Below are positions 1-8,940 of a stretch of 64,000 nucleotides of DNA, piece by piece (the first letter of the stretch is position 1; the number at the start of each line of letters is the position of its first letter). The notes beneath the pieces are model-generated. The model had not been told where the DNA came from, ran no database searches, and worked only from the letters and a program-made list of their open reading frames with translations. Source of the stretch: Gammaproteobacteria bacterium (GTDB lineage Bacteria; Pseudomonadota; Gammaproteobacteria; UBA4575); assembly GCA_965243395.1 (NCBI GenBank), contig CBDEUS010000002.1:160001-224000 (forward strand), given 5' to 3'. The translations under genes were made by a program, and so were the position numbers.

Positions 1-35
1 TTGGCATAAAAAAGAGGTTTATTTGATATAATTAA

Positions 36-110
36 TGGAGGCCAGGGTCGGAGTTGAACCGACGTATTACACCTTGCTGGGGGTATGCATCACCACTCTG
101 CCACCTGGCC
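36..110 (-). tRNA. tRNA-Cys-like gene with atypical anticodon arm (possible pseudo-tRNA)
   Basis: Reverse complement GGCCAGG TG GCA GAGTGGTGA TGC A TACCC CCAGCAAG GTGTA ATAC GTCGG TTCAACT CCGAC CCTGGCC TCCA. Acceptor, D and T arms are intact, with U73 and CCA. The anticodon loop is 8 nt, contains GCA and lacks U33. Confidence 0.7.
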
Positions 111-713
111 TTTTAAGCTCACTCTTTGCAAATTTGCTAAAATCTTCATTGCTTCGATTAAGGAGCAATCGTAAATTCTCATAATTTTTTCTTTATCTCT
201 TTCGTCTCCAAGTAATCTTGAATCTAATAAAAACGCATCTCTAAATAAATCTGCTTGGCACTCGGAATCAGTATGTCTATCTACTGATTGAAATTCATCA
301 GTTAAGTTTAGGTACTTGGATTTGTGATTACAGAAATAATGTCCAAGTTCGTGTGTAATTACTTGGAGAGCATCAAAAGAATATGATTCAGCAGCTGCCC
401 AGATGCTTTCTCTAAACTGAAAAAAATTGGATGGATTATCTGTATTATCTTTAGGACAAAATCTAGCTGGCCCGAAGTCCAATAAATCATCCTCAAGCAA
501 TTCAAAGTATGGATAATTGTTATCTGGGCTATGCTTAATACTAAAATATGTAATTAATTTTGTTGGATCTGCAAGATTTTTATTATTATTTCTAACAAAT
601 CCATATTCCAAACAGTAGTCTATAGCCTGATGTGCGATAGAAACAATCTCATCATCTGATTTATACGGTACTTTGCAACCATAATTTCTTGTATCACGTA
701 GAGTACTCATCAA
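90..713 (-). CDS. ImmA/IrrE family metallopeptidase
   Basis: HELGH zinc motif and downstream E-x-QAD-x-F motif; overlaps the upstream XRE gene. Confidence 0.8.
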   Translation of the reverse strand: MMSTLRDTRNYGCKVPYKSDDEIVSIAHQAIDYCLEYGFVRNNNKNLADPTKLITYFSIKHSPDNNYPYFELLEDDLLDFGPARFCPKDNTDNPSNFFQFRESIWAAAESYSFDALQVITHELGHYFCNHKSKYLNLTDEFQSVDRHTDSECQADLFRDAFLLDSRLLGDERDKEKIMRIYDCSLIEAMKILANLQRVSLKGQVAEW

Positions 714-1053
714 GAATAGCCTTTATTCTTTTTTTGTCCTCAACAGAAAGTTTTTTAAATCTTTGATGAAATGAATGAGTTAAAGCCCTCTCATCCAAAC
801 TATAATCATCAAGGTTAAGTTTTAATTGATTAATTGATAATTCCGCCCACTCATTCCATTGTTTTTTTGTAATCCCAAGGTTTTTAAAGAATTTGTAAGT
901 CTTATTAATTATGTCTGTAGAAATTGGTTTCTTGCCATTCTCAACCGCTGATAAATAACTAAGTTTGATACCCAAATACTCAGCCATTTCTGTCATGGTT
1001 ACACCTTTATCTGTTCTGGCAATTCTGGCTTCTCTACCAAATTTTGTAATCAT
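694..1053 (-). CDS. XRE-family HTH transcriptional regulator
   Basis: TMTEMAEYLGIKLSYLSAVENGKK HTH motif. Confidence 0.85.
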   Translation of the reverse strand: MITKFGREARIARTDKGVTMTEMAEYLGIKLSYLSAVENGKKPISTDIINKTYKFFKNLGITKKQWNEWAELSINQLKLNLDDYSLDERALTHSFHQRFKKLSVEDKKRIKAILDEYST

Positions 1054-1070
1054 ATTAAAATCACTCCAAT

Positions 1071-1118
1071 ATAATCTATTCGGGTTAAAATATTAACCTA
1101 TATAGGTTAACTTTTCAA
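1071..1118 (-). promoter_or_regulatory. sigma70 promoter of XRE-ImmA with palindromic operator
   Basis: Minus strand TTGAAA(1118-1113)-17 bp-TAATAT(1095-1090). Perfect palindrome TTAACCTATATAGGTTAA at 1093-1110 and a degenerate copy at 1071-1088. Confidence 0.65.
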
Positions 1119-1165
1119 GACTAGGCAGAAGTAATTTAATGACCATGTAATTGCTTGTTTTTGAA

Positions 1166-1207
1166 GGTGGAACCGGTAGAACTCGAATCTACGGTCAAAG
1201 GATTGTG
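1166..1207 (-). pseudogene. tRNA 3'-half fragment (att-like scar)
   Basis: Reverse complement CACAA TCCTT TGACC GTAGA TTCGAGT TCTAC CGGTTCC ACC. Perfect T-arm and a 3' acceptor strand in tRNA register; the 5' half is absent. Confidence 0.6.
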
Positions 1208-1265
1208 TGGTTTCTTATTTTGTAAGAATTGAGGATATTTGAATCAAGTTGGATCCTGATGATCA

Positions 1266-1856
1266 TTAATCATTAAATCCGACTATAAATGAGATGCTAT
1301 ACATATCATTCCCTTCCGCATCGGTAATGATAGTGATGTTTTCTTGGGTAAGTATTTGATGCTCTTTTGGAATGTATTCTTGTTCAAGTACGGGACGCAC
1401 TAATTTTAACAAAGACCGAGGTGATAACGACTCAATATCAATTACTGAGAAAAATAAGGTAATGGCTGTCATCCCATCTTGCCACCATAATTCCAACCGG
1501 TAAGGTCTCTGGTTTTCTAACATACCGGATTTAGCACCAAGATCCCCTTCACGTAATTGAGAATCATTACAATATTGATTAGGTATAAATTTAGATCGAT
1601 TAGGTACTGGATACTTTGAAGTAGATTCAGAGTAACTACAATTATGTGCAAAAGATCTAGAACCAATTTTCATGCGCTCTTTTTGTTGATCTTCTTGCCA
1701 CCAAAAATATCCTATTATTCCACCCAGCATGAGGACAAGTGCGTTACCAGTGGTCAGTCCATGATCTAACACATAAACGGTTCCTAATATCAGAGCTGAA
1801 AGCCCGATAAGGTAAACGATCGTTTTGCCTGTATTTTTAATGGCCTTTAATTGCAT
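1266..1856 (-). CDS. Hypothetical protein with two N-terminal TM helices
   Basis: 196-aa ORF with two hydrophobic segments; no family recognised. Confidence 0.6.
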   Translation of the reverse strand: MQLKAIKNTGKTIVYLIGLSALILGTVYVLDHGLTTGNALVLMLGGIIGYFWWQEDQQKERMKIGSRSFAHNCSYSESTSKYPVPNRSKFIPNQYCNDSQLREGDLGAKSGMLENQRPYRLELWWQDGMTAITLFFSVIDIESLSPRSLLKLVRPVLEQEYIPKEHQILTQENITIITDAEGNDMYSISFIVGFND

Positions 1857-1889
1857 TCTTGTTTCATGAGTATATAGGTTTTACTTACT

Positions 1890-1917
1890 GTAGACTATAG
1901 TCCGTAGACTATATGTC
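1890..1917 (+). promoter_or_regulatory. C-box-like operator
   Basis: GTAGACTATAGTCCGTAGACTATATGTC: GACT-AT-AGTC followed by a second GACT repeat, directly upstream of a controller-like HTH gene. Confidence 0.65.
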
Positions 1918-2176
1918 ACATCTGGATAAGGTCTATCACATGATAGACCAACGGATTCTGCAAGATTGTTTTGGAGATGTGCTCCGAGAAGCTAGATTGC
2001 GTGCATCCTTATCACAAGAAGCCTTAGCGATGGAATGCGAGCTAGATCGTACTTTTATTTCAATGTTAGAGCGAGGTCAAAGACAGCCTTCACTCTCAAC
2101 AATTTTTGCTCTATCTGATGCCCTTGGTATTAGACCCTCTACTCTATTGAAAAAAGTAGAAACTGCAACTGAGTAG
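1913..2176 (+). CDS. XRE HTH protein, R-M controller (C-protein)-like; probable start 1940
   Basis: LSQEALA..LDRTFISMLERGQRQPSLSTIFALSDAL motif plus upstream C-box. Confidence 0.8.
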   Translation: MSHLDKVYHMIDQRILQDCFGDVLREARLRASLSQEALAMECELDRTFISMLERGQRQPSLSTIFALSDALGIRPSTLLKKVETATE

Positions 2177-2259
2177 AGGATATGTATACTGAATGTCGCT
2201 CTAAAAATTGGAGCAACTATCAAATAGTTAATTAATAGTTGATATATACATAATTGATT

Positions 2260-2276
2260 TCCACCTAATTTCCATC
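2260..2276. repeat. Paired TCCACC/TCCATC (11-bp period), putative integrase arm-type sites
   Basis: Same motif and spacing at 9494-9510, and inverted at 24221-24237. Confidence 0.45.
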
Positions 2277-2422
2277 AAATAAACTTCAATAATTCAGTTT
2301 ATTTTAAACCCTTCTTCAGTATGCTTTCAGCTAGTCTTCAGCACGAAAAACTAGTCAAAAACCTCCCCGCAGTAACCTATTTATTTAATATAGAAATGCG
2401 GACAATCAAACCTCAATGCTTC

Positions 2423-2452
2423 AATATCCGCTTTCAGCCAATAGCGGATAAA
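2423..2452 (-). repeat. 30-bp palindromic cassette-boundary site A
   Basis: AATATCCGCT TTCAGCCAAT AGCGGATAAA. Confidence 0.8.
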
Positions 2453-2470
2453 AATATAATTACCTGGCGA

Positions 2471-3145
2471 TTAATCCCAATTAACAAACTTTTTATGAGA
2501 AAAAAACAAAATATTAATAATCCAATACAAAATAACTATCAGTACCAACATTGTCGGAATACCAACAATGTAAAATACTTGCTCTATTGGCATTTCTTTA
2601 ACGTTAGAACCTTGCATTTTTATAATCTTATCCGTGAATGCTAATAGGGCCCAAATCAGAGAAAATCCGATTCGCCATACATGTCTAATTATGCGTTGAT
2701 TTCCTGATAAGCCTGATAGATATAAATTTCGGATATCTCCAATTGCACAAAGAAAGGCAAAGCCTGCCCAAAAAAGATAAACACTTGGAACATTTACATC
2801 ACGCCAACCAGCACTTACAAAAAGTGCAGCTATAGCAAAGATAACAATCCATGCTAGAGCCACATATTCCATGAAGCCAGTTTCATATTTTTTATGCTTC
2901 GCTGTTAGCCATGCAGTGAATACTGTATAGATCACAACAGCACTTAAAAACATGTCATCTGTGGATTCTTTTAAATGTGCGGCTACGAATCCTGAAACTA
3001 GCATGATGGTCATTGAAACAGTGAACCAATTACCAGCTTTCCGATGACTAATGCCTCCTTTGATTACGAACAAGGCAACAACAGCAGTAATGAGTCCAAT
3101 GGCTCCTGTAGGAGTATGAATCATCCAAACTACTATTTCTTTCAT
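2471..3145 (-). CDS. Multi-pass membrane protein (DUF2306-like)
   Basis: H...G..ALF..KGG..HRKAG N-terminal motif; about 7 TM segments. Confidence 0.7.
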   Translation of the reverse strand: MKEIVVWMIHTPTGAIGLITAVVALFVIKGGISHRKAGNWFTVSMTIMLVSGFVAAHLKESTDDMFLSAVVIYTVFTAWLTAKHKKYETGFMEYVALAWIVIFAIAALFVSAGWRDVNVPSVYLFWAGFAFLCAIGDIRNLYLSGLSGNQRIIRHVWRIGFSLIWALLAFTDKIIKMQGSNVKEMPIEQVFYIVGIPTMLVLIVILYWIINILFFSHKKFVNWD

Positions 3146-3183
3146 TTAATTATTCTCTATCTGTTGAACTATTAAATAAAATG

Positions 3184-3213
3184 AATGACCGCTTTGGCTC
3201 GTTAGCAGTCATT
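3184..3213 (+). repeat. 30-bp palindromic cassette-boundary site B
   Basis: AATGACCGCT TTGGCTCGTT AGCAGTCATT. Confidence 0.85.
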
Positions 3214-3266
3214 TTGAACGTTTGTTTTCAAGCTTCCAACCAAACTTCCCTTAAATTAATCTAAAT

Positions 3267-3296
3267 TATGTCCGCTTTCGGCCAATAGCGGACATT
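3267..3296 (-). repeat. 30-bp palindromic cassette-boundary site C
   Basis: TATGTCCGCT TTCGGCCAAT AGCGGACATT. Confidence 0.85.
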
Positions 3297-3302
3297 CATG
3301 AA

Positions 3303-3872
3303 CTAACCTTTTTCAAATAAATATTCATAGTTATTTCCATCATCTTCTGATTCATGGATTAGTTCCCAGCCTGCATTATTAGCTAGTTCATTATATGCAG
3401 CCGAACCTAGGGAATAATATTTAAAAGAAATACCATTCATCTCACCTATTGTTGTGTTTTTTTCCTTCGCAGACGTAAACAGAAATCGTCCACCACTAGC
3501 TACTGAATTAAAAACATTGTTTAGAACTTCTATCTGATCATCAGGATTGAGATGAAATAGTGCACCCCAACAAAGAACACCATCAATTGTAGTCTTAGGA
3601 AAAACATAATCTTGTAGACGTGAGTGGATTACAGCTGAGTTAGTAAAGTTTGATTTAAAAGATTCAACCATTAACCTTGAACTATCAACACCAAGTATAT
3701 TCATCCCCATCTGTTTTATTGTATTGGCAAGCGGTAATCCTGTACCGCAACCTAAATCAACAATAGTTGAACCTGGCTTTAAATTTTTGAATGCTAACTT
3801 AACAGAATCAACTCCCACGTCGTCATTCCTAGATTTAAGATACCAGTCAAATATTTGATCGTATTCTTTCAA
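3303..3872 (-). CDS. Class I SAM-dependent methyltransferase
   Basis: IVDLGCGTG motif I, GVDSS, ALFHL. Confidence 0.85.
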   Translation of the reverse strand: MKEYDQIFDWYLKSRNDDVGVDSVKLAFKNLKPGSTIVDLGCGTGLPLANTIKQMGMNILGVDSSRLMVESFKSNFTNSAVIHSRLQDYVFPKTTIDGVLCWGALFHLNPDDQIEVLNNVFNSVASGGRFLFTSAKEKNTTIGEMNGISFKYYSLGSAAYNELANNAGWELIHESEDDGNNYEYLFEKG

Positions 3873-3888
3873 GATTGTTAAATTGGTT

Positions 3889-3917
3889 TTTATCTGTTTT
3901 GGATCGTTTCAGTCTAA
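3889..3917 (+). repeat. Degenerate cassette-boundary site D
   Basis: TTTATCTGTT TTGGATCGTT TCAGTCTAA: core matches sites B/G, arms are decayed. Confidence 0.45.
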
Positions 3918-4360
3918 TTTATCTTGTATTCTTTTTCCCAGTTATCTAACTCAGCAAGTGTTAGTTCAATCATACGATCAGGGTTATTTCTCAGCAGCTT
4001 TAGTTTTTCTTTCGGTATATACACCAAATCATCTAAGTGCCTGCTAGACCATCGAACAAGATGAGTAAGGGTATGAACCAAGTCCTTACCGCTTTGAGTT
4101 AAATAATAAAGTTTACGGGTTCCATATTCAGGATGCGGTATCACATCAATCAACTCATACTCAAGCAATCGATCTAGTCGGTTGCTCAGAATATTAGTGG
4201 AAATACCTTCCTCAGCGTCAAGTAGCTCTTTGTACTCATGTCGATTGAAAAACAGTAGATCACGGATGATAAGAAGCGTCCATTTATCGCCAAGGACATC
4301 TAAGGCACACGCCACTGGACATTTCGTACGTTCACAGTGCAGTTGCTTAGGTGATGCCAT
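3914..4360 (-). CDS. HxlR-family winged-helix regulator
   Basis: CPVACALDVLGDKWTLLIIRDLL; ATG at 4360 preferred over TTG at 4375. Confidence 0.85.
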   Translation of the reverse strand: MASPKQLHCERTKCPVACALDVLGDKWTLLIIRDLLFFNRHEYKELLDAEEGISTNILSNRLDRLLEYELIDVIPHPEYGTRKLYYLTQSGKDLVHTLTHLVRWSSRHLDDLVYIPKEKLKLLRNNPDRMIELTLAELDNWEKEYKIN

Positions 4361-4367
4361 ATATATT

Positions 4368-4424
4368 ACTTGCAAAATAAAAGTGATGTGTCTATAGTTT
4401 CATATCCACTTCCATTTTGCAAGT
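4368..4424. promoter_or_regulatory. Two ACTT-N9-AAGT operators between divergent HxlR and DUF899 genes
   Basis: ACTTGCAAAATAAAAGT (4368-4384) and inverted copy ACTTCCATTTTGCAAGT (4408-4424). Confidence 0.55.
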
Positions 4425-4446
4425 GGTATTTACTGAGGACATTATT

Positions 4447-5139
4447 ATGCCAACACATAACGTCGTGACACATAGAGAATGGGTAGCCGCTCGCAAACAA
4501 CTGCTCGTAGAAGAAAAAGAATTTACTCGTCTTCGAGACCAGCTAAGCCAAAAACGTCGAGATTTACCTTGGGTAAAACTTGAAAAAGAATATGTATTTG
4601 ATGGACCCAGTGGTCAGCATACTCTTTCAGATTTATTTGAGGGACAAAGCCAGTTAATAGTGTATCACTTCATGTTAGGGCCTGATTGGGATGAAGGTTG
4701 TAAGAGCTGTTCGTTTTGGGCAGACAATTTTGAAGGTACAGATATTCATCTAAAGCATCGTGATATTACCTTTCTTGCCATATCAAGAGCTGAAATTGAA
4801 AAAATTGAAGCTTATAAAAAACGTATGGGCTGGACCTTTAAATGGTTTTCTTCATTCAATACAGATTTCAATTATGACTTCCAAGCCTCGTTTACTTCGG
4901 ATCAGAAAGAAAAGAATGAAGTGATCTATAACTACATTAAACAACCCTATTTTATAGATGAGATGGCAGGGGTAAGTGTATTTATCAAAGATGAGAATAA
5001 TAACATCTTTCACACCTACTCTACTTATGCTCGTGGTTTGGATATTTTAAATGGTGCCTACAACTATATTGATTTAACACCTATGGGACGTAATGAGGAA
5101 GACGGCATGTCATGGCTACGGCATCATGATCAATATTAG
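4447..5139 (+). CDS. DUF899 thioredoxin-like protein
   Basis: EKEFTRLRD..RRDLPW, GCKSCSFWAD and WLRHHD motifs; start after RBS gagga. Confidence 0.85.
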   Translation: MPTHNVVTHREWVAARKQLLVEEKEFTRLRDQLSQKRRDLPWVKLEKEYVFDGPSGQHTLSDLFEGQSQLIVYHFMLGPDWDEGCKSCSFWADNFEGTDIHLKHRDITFLAISRAEIEKIEAYKKRMGWTFKWFSSFNTDFNYDFQASFTSDQKEKNEVIYNYIKQPYFIDEMAGVSVFIKDENNNIFHTYSTYARGLDILNGAYNYIDLTPMGRNEEDGMSWLRHHDQY

Positions 5140-5166
5140 TTTCAAATATAAATCTATCAATACCAT

Positions 5167-5562
5167 ATGAAAGCTTTAACTAGTGGCAGGTGCATGTGCG
5201 GTGCAATACGTTATGAATTTAACGACAAACCTTTATATTCACTCATCTGCCAATGTACACAGTGTCAAAAAATTACTGGCGCTGGTAATGCGCCTTCCAT
5301 AGCAATTGCAAATGAAACATTCAAGCTTGAAGGAAAACTAAGTTATTTTAAACAGTTAGCAGAAGATGGAAATACGGTCAGCAATGGGTTTTGTTCAAAA
5401 TGTGGAAATCCCATTCTCAAAACAACCACCGCATTTCAAGACCGAGTTTACCTGCATGTAGGTAGTTTAGATGATCCAGGAAAGTTTGAACCAGAATTCG
5501 TTGTATTTAGTAGAAGTGGGTATTCATGGGACACCGTTGATCCTAAATTAAAGCGGCTCTAA
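5167..5562 (+). CDS. GFA/CENP-V family Zn protein
   Basis: GRCMCG, CQCTQCQ, FCSKCG. Confidence 0.85.
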   Translation: MKALTSGRCMCGAIRYEFNDKPLYSLICQCTQCQKITGAGNAPSIAIANETFKLEGKLSYFKQLAEDGNTVSNGFCSKCGNPILKTTTAFQDRVYLHVGSLDDPGKFEPEFVVFSRSGYSWDTVDPKLKRL

Positions 5563-5604
5563 TTAAAGCTAATTAATCTTAATCAATAGAAGAAAAGAAT
5601 TACC

Positions 5605-6015
5605 ATGAAAAAATTTATTCTCGCTACACTTTCATTTTTCATTTTAACTATGCCCTGGGCATATTCGTGGCATGTGATTTGGTTTCATGAGCTTTATGGA
5701 CAACTAGGAGCATTTACGCGCACATCGCCCATTATGCCTCTTGGTATTGCGGCGGTATTAATACAAGGTGCTGTTATATCTTATCTCTATCCATTTTATT
5801 ACCGAGGTGGGCATCCAATATTTCAAGGAATTAAGTTCAGCTTAATTATCGGTTTAATGGTGTATACAGTGATGGGTTTTGCTAATGCTGCAAAGCTTGC
5901 GATTGAGCCTATTTCAACCTACTTGGCGTACCATACAATTTTTCAGCTCATTCAGTTCGTTGTTACCGGTGCAGCACTAGGATTAATTTATGGTAGAACA
6001 CTGAACTCAGCATAA
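5605..6015 (+). CDS. 4-TM membrane protein
   Basis: Hydrophobic 136-aa ORF in an operon with DUF899 and GFA. Confidence 0.65.
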   Translation: MKKFILATLSFFILTMPWAYSWHVIWFHELYGQLGAFTRTSPIMPLGIAAVLIQGAVISYLYPFYYRGGHPIFQGIKFSLIIGLMVYTVMGFANAAKLAIEPISTYLAYHTIFQLIQFVVTGAALGLIYGRTLNSA

Positions 6016-6021
6016 ATAATT

Positions 6022-6051
6022 TATGTCAGATTTCGACCATTAGCGGTCATT
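6022..6051 (-). repeat. 30-bp palindromic cassette-boundary site E
   Basis: TATGTCAGAT TTCGACCATT AGCGGTCATT. Confidence 0.75.
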
Positions 6052-6055
6052 CCTT

Positions 6056-6418
6056 TTACAAATCAACCAAGACATTAAACCCACCCATAATCATTCTATT
6101 GATTTCAAATGGCATATTATTTTCATCACAGCTTTCTTTCATGCGTGGATCTTGAAATACCTTTTGATTGACTTCATCACGATGTTCTCTTGATTTATAT
6201 ACGACAAATGCAAATATTACGGTCTCACCATCGGATGAATTGGCCGCTTTGCGGAATGCGCCATTAGACATTTCTGAATCAATATCATCAGCGATGCATT
6301 CTTTATAAGCTAAAGCACCATGCTCCATCCAGACTGCACCCATTTTCTTTGCCAAATCTTTATATGCATCAATATTAGATTCAGGTAGTGGGATTACATA
6401 ACCATCGACATAACTCAT
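6056..6418 (-). CDS. DUF1428 (YbaA-like) protein
   Basis: MSYVDGYV, EHGALAYKEC, SREHRDEVN, MPF...RMIMGGF. Confidence 0.85.
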   Translation of the reverse strand: MSYVDGYVIPLPESNIDAYKDLAKKMGAVWMEHGALAYKECIADDIDSEMSNGAFRKAANSSDGETVIFAFVVYKSREHRDEVNQKVFQDPRMKESCDENNMPFEINRMIMGGFNVLVDL

Positions 6419-6454
6419 TTTTTAATTCCTAATATAATTACTTTTATAAGACTA

Positions 6455-6484
6455 AATGTCCGCTTTGGGCCGTAAGTAGTCATC
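6455..6484 (+). repeat. 30-bp palindromic cassette-boundary site F (plus 28-bp extension shared with site G)
   Basis: AATGTCCGCT TTGGGCCGTA AGTAGTCATC, followed by TTAAACCATGACCTGGTGAGATGTATTC. Confidence 0.8.
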
Positions 6485-6620
6485 TTAAACCATGACCTGG
6501 TGAGATGTATTCCTTGTTTCAGATACTTGAAAGGCGATATGCGGACCACCAATCCCCTGTTCTTAATAAGTATAGCTAATTTTTATAATCACTTTTGTAG
6601 CAAAGGAAGAAAATAATATG

Positions 6621-7025
6621 TTAATCATGTTTGGGTAAGTCGTCTACAATATCAATTATGCGCCTACCATAGAAAAAATGACTATCAGAATGTAATTCTT
6701 CAGGTAGTTCATTGTTATTACATTTTCTGATTAAAAGCTGAGAGAAAACACGCCAGTCCATCGCATTTGTGTTGAAAAGTGTTTCGCCACAACTCGAACA
6801 AAATACTCGTTTCATCTCTAAGGTTGGATGTTGATGACTTGATAATTTCTCCTCTCCCTGCACGATATTAACTTGATCTTTATTCCAAGCAGTTACGGAG
6901 TGAAAAGGAATGCATAGTAAGTCACGACAATCCTCACAATGGCAAAACCCTTTTACTCTTGGCTTACCAGATAGGGATATTTTAACTTCACCACATTCAC
7001 ATTTTATTTGATATTGTTTATCCAT
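6621..7025 (-). CDS. GFA/CENP-V family Zn protein
   Basis: CECG, CHCEDCR, FCSSCG. Confidence 0.85.
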   Translation of the reverse strand: MDKQYQIKCECGEVKISLSGKPRVKGFCHCEDCRDLLCIPFHSVTAWNKDQVNIVQGEEKLSSHQHPTLEMKRVFCSSCGETLFNTNAMDWRVFSQLLIRKCNNNELPEELHSDSHFFYGRRIIDIVDDLPKHD

Positions 7026-7054
7026 TATTAAAATCTCAATTACTTTATACTGTA

Positions 7055-7639
7055 TTAAAATATTTTATTTAGATGTCCTGAAAATCGTTTAAGGTCGCTA
7101 TCAATCTGCGGGTTTTTCATTACATCGAAACATGCAAATGTTTCTAGCGCTGTCATGCCAAAAAAACGAAAGTTCATGTGCATCGGGAAAAACAAATCAT
7201 CTACTTTTTTTCCTTGAAATAGATATTCACTCTGATTTTCAAATGATTCTTCAGGTGCATTGAAAGTTAATGAAAGCATATACTTAGTATTAGTTAGTGT
7301 GCCACCTCCCCCATAGTTTAATTTTGGGTTCTCGGTTGTTCTGCCATCTCCATTGCATAAGTCACCACCCATACCGGCTGAATATACTTCATCCATATAC
7401 TTCTTAAAACTCCATGGTACTCCCATCCAATTAACGGGACTTTGCAAAATGATGTAGTTCGCCCATTTATGTTTTTCTAATTCATCCTTTACATCATATT
7501 CCTCTGCACTAACCGTCCTTTGTACTTGGTAACCTTTTTCTTTTAAATAAGAGATAGCGCTATCCGTTAACGTTTGATTAAGTTTGCCTTCTGAAAATGG
7601 ATATGGCTGATGCGCTTTAATATGTAGAATATTTTTCAT
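7055..7639 (-). CDS. mdaB: NAD(P)H-quinone oxidoreductase, MdaB/flavodoxin-2 family
   Basis: [38 protein letters not shown]. Confidence 0.75.
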   Translation of the reverse strand: MKNILHIKAHQPYPFSEGKLNQTLTDSAISYLKEKGYQVQRTVSAEEYDVKDELEKHKWANYIILQSPVNWMGVPWSFKKYMDEVYSAGMGGDLCNGDGRTTENPKLNYGGGGTLTNTKYMLSLTFNAPEESFENQSEYLFQGKKVDDLFFPMHMNFRFFGMTALETFACFDVMKNPQIDSDLKRFSGHLNKIF

Positions 7640-7671
7640 ATAAGCTAGTCTCTAATAATTTTACGGTTAAC

Positions 7672-7708
7672 TGCGAGTTGAAACATTCATTTGATATTCC
7701 AACTCGCA
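7672..7708. other. Intercistronic stem-loop
   Basis: TGCGAGTTG...CAACTCGCA inverted repeat between SDR and mdaB. Confidence 0.5.
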
Positions 7709-7724
7709 TCTGGATTAAATGCCA

Positions 7725-8558
7725 TTACGCTACTTTTGCTTTATTTAAGTCTGGCCCAACTTGTAGATCCCAAAGACTGTCTTGGTACTTTTTACAATCT
7801 TCAATAAAACGCTCAGGATAAACATTGCGAAAGTTATGATTGTCCTTTGGTATAACATCAACCATAAACTCAATCATACTTTGTGGATCAAGTTGTAACT
7901 CATCACCAGAAAACAAACCTTGAATTTCACGAATGGGTGCTTCGGCACTAAAATTATTGCTAGGCTCATACCACTGATCTAAGGTGTCATACATACGATC
8001 ATTAAACCCTGTACGGAAAGGCCCTGGGTTAATCGTTGCGATAGTGACGCCTGTATCTTGCATTTCTTCACGCATCAATTGAACAATTGCTTCAAGTGCA
8101 TGTTTTGAAGCAACATAAGGCGCAAGATATGGAAAGGTTGAAAATCCGACGATAGAAGAAGTAAATATAATTTTGCCTTTCCCTTTTTCAACAAAAGCTT
8201 TTGCAAATGCTTGAGCTAATTCAAGTGTATTAAATACATTGACTTCAAAAACTTGTCGAATCCGATCTACAGGGATTTCTGCCACAGGTCCTGTTTGTCC
8301 AGTCGCTGCATTTGGTACAAATATATCTACTTTATCTGAATATTTTCGGATAATGGTTTCATGGTCATCCTTGTTTAAGTAATCTAACTTAGTCACTTCT
8401 AACTCAACACCCTCTGTATTAGCTGCTTCCATTAATGCCGAAACCTGTGGCCAATTTTCACAAGTGGCAATTACATTGTGACCATTTTTCGCAAGCCCAA
8501 TTGCCGTACCTTTACCAAGTCCTGAGCCTGCACCTGTAATTAAAATTGTTTTACTCAT
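7725..8558 (-). CDS. Short-chain dehydrogenase/reductase
   Basis: TGAGSGLG and YVASK motifs. Confidence 0.9.
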   Translation of the reverse strand: MSKTILITGAGSGLGKGTAIGLAKNGHNVIATCENWPQVSALMEAANTEGVELEVTKLDYLNKDDHETIIRKYSDKVDIFVPNAATGQTGPVAEIPVDRIRQVFEVNVFNTLELAQAFAKAFVEKGKGKIIFTSSIVGFSTFPYLAPYVASKHALEAIVQLMREEMQDTGVTIATINPGPFRTGFNDRMYDTLDQWYEPSNNFSAEAPIREIQGLFSGDELQLDPQSMIEFMVDVIPKDNHNFRNVYPERFIEDCKKYQDSLWDLQVGPDLNKAKVA

Positions 8559-8587
8559 TTTTCATACCTCATATATTAAAATGTGAA

Positions 8588-8884
8588 TTAAATGATTTGA
8601 TGTCCTTTATGAATGACTGGATTTCTCTCCAGTACATTAGTTAATTTCTCAATGGCTGAATTCAGATGAGGTGTTTCCCAATGAGCACTCTCATCATCTA
8701 CAGTCCTCCATTTTTCATACGATAAAATAGTGTTAGCTTTCTCTTTATCGTGGATAAAGAAATATTCGATTGCCCCAGCTTCCTTTCGAGTATTTGTTGC
8801 TAGGTCATTTAGAATCGCTTTCAACTCATCATATTTGCCATCTTTGGCAGTGAGTTCTGCAATGGTGTACATGTATTCACTCAT
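8588..8884 (-). CDS. ABM-family (quinol monooxygenase-like) protein
   Basis: TRKEAGAIEY...YEKW...HWETPH. Confidence 0.8.
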   Translation of the reverse strand: MSEYMYTIAELTAKDGKYDELKAILNDLATNTRKEAGAIEYFFIHDKEKANTILSYEKWRTVDDESAHWETPHLNSAIEKLTNVLERNPVIHKGHQII

Positions 8885-8940
8885 AGTATTTTCTCCTTTC
8901 AATCTCATGAATTTTTCAATGTTGAAAAATATATCGATTC

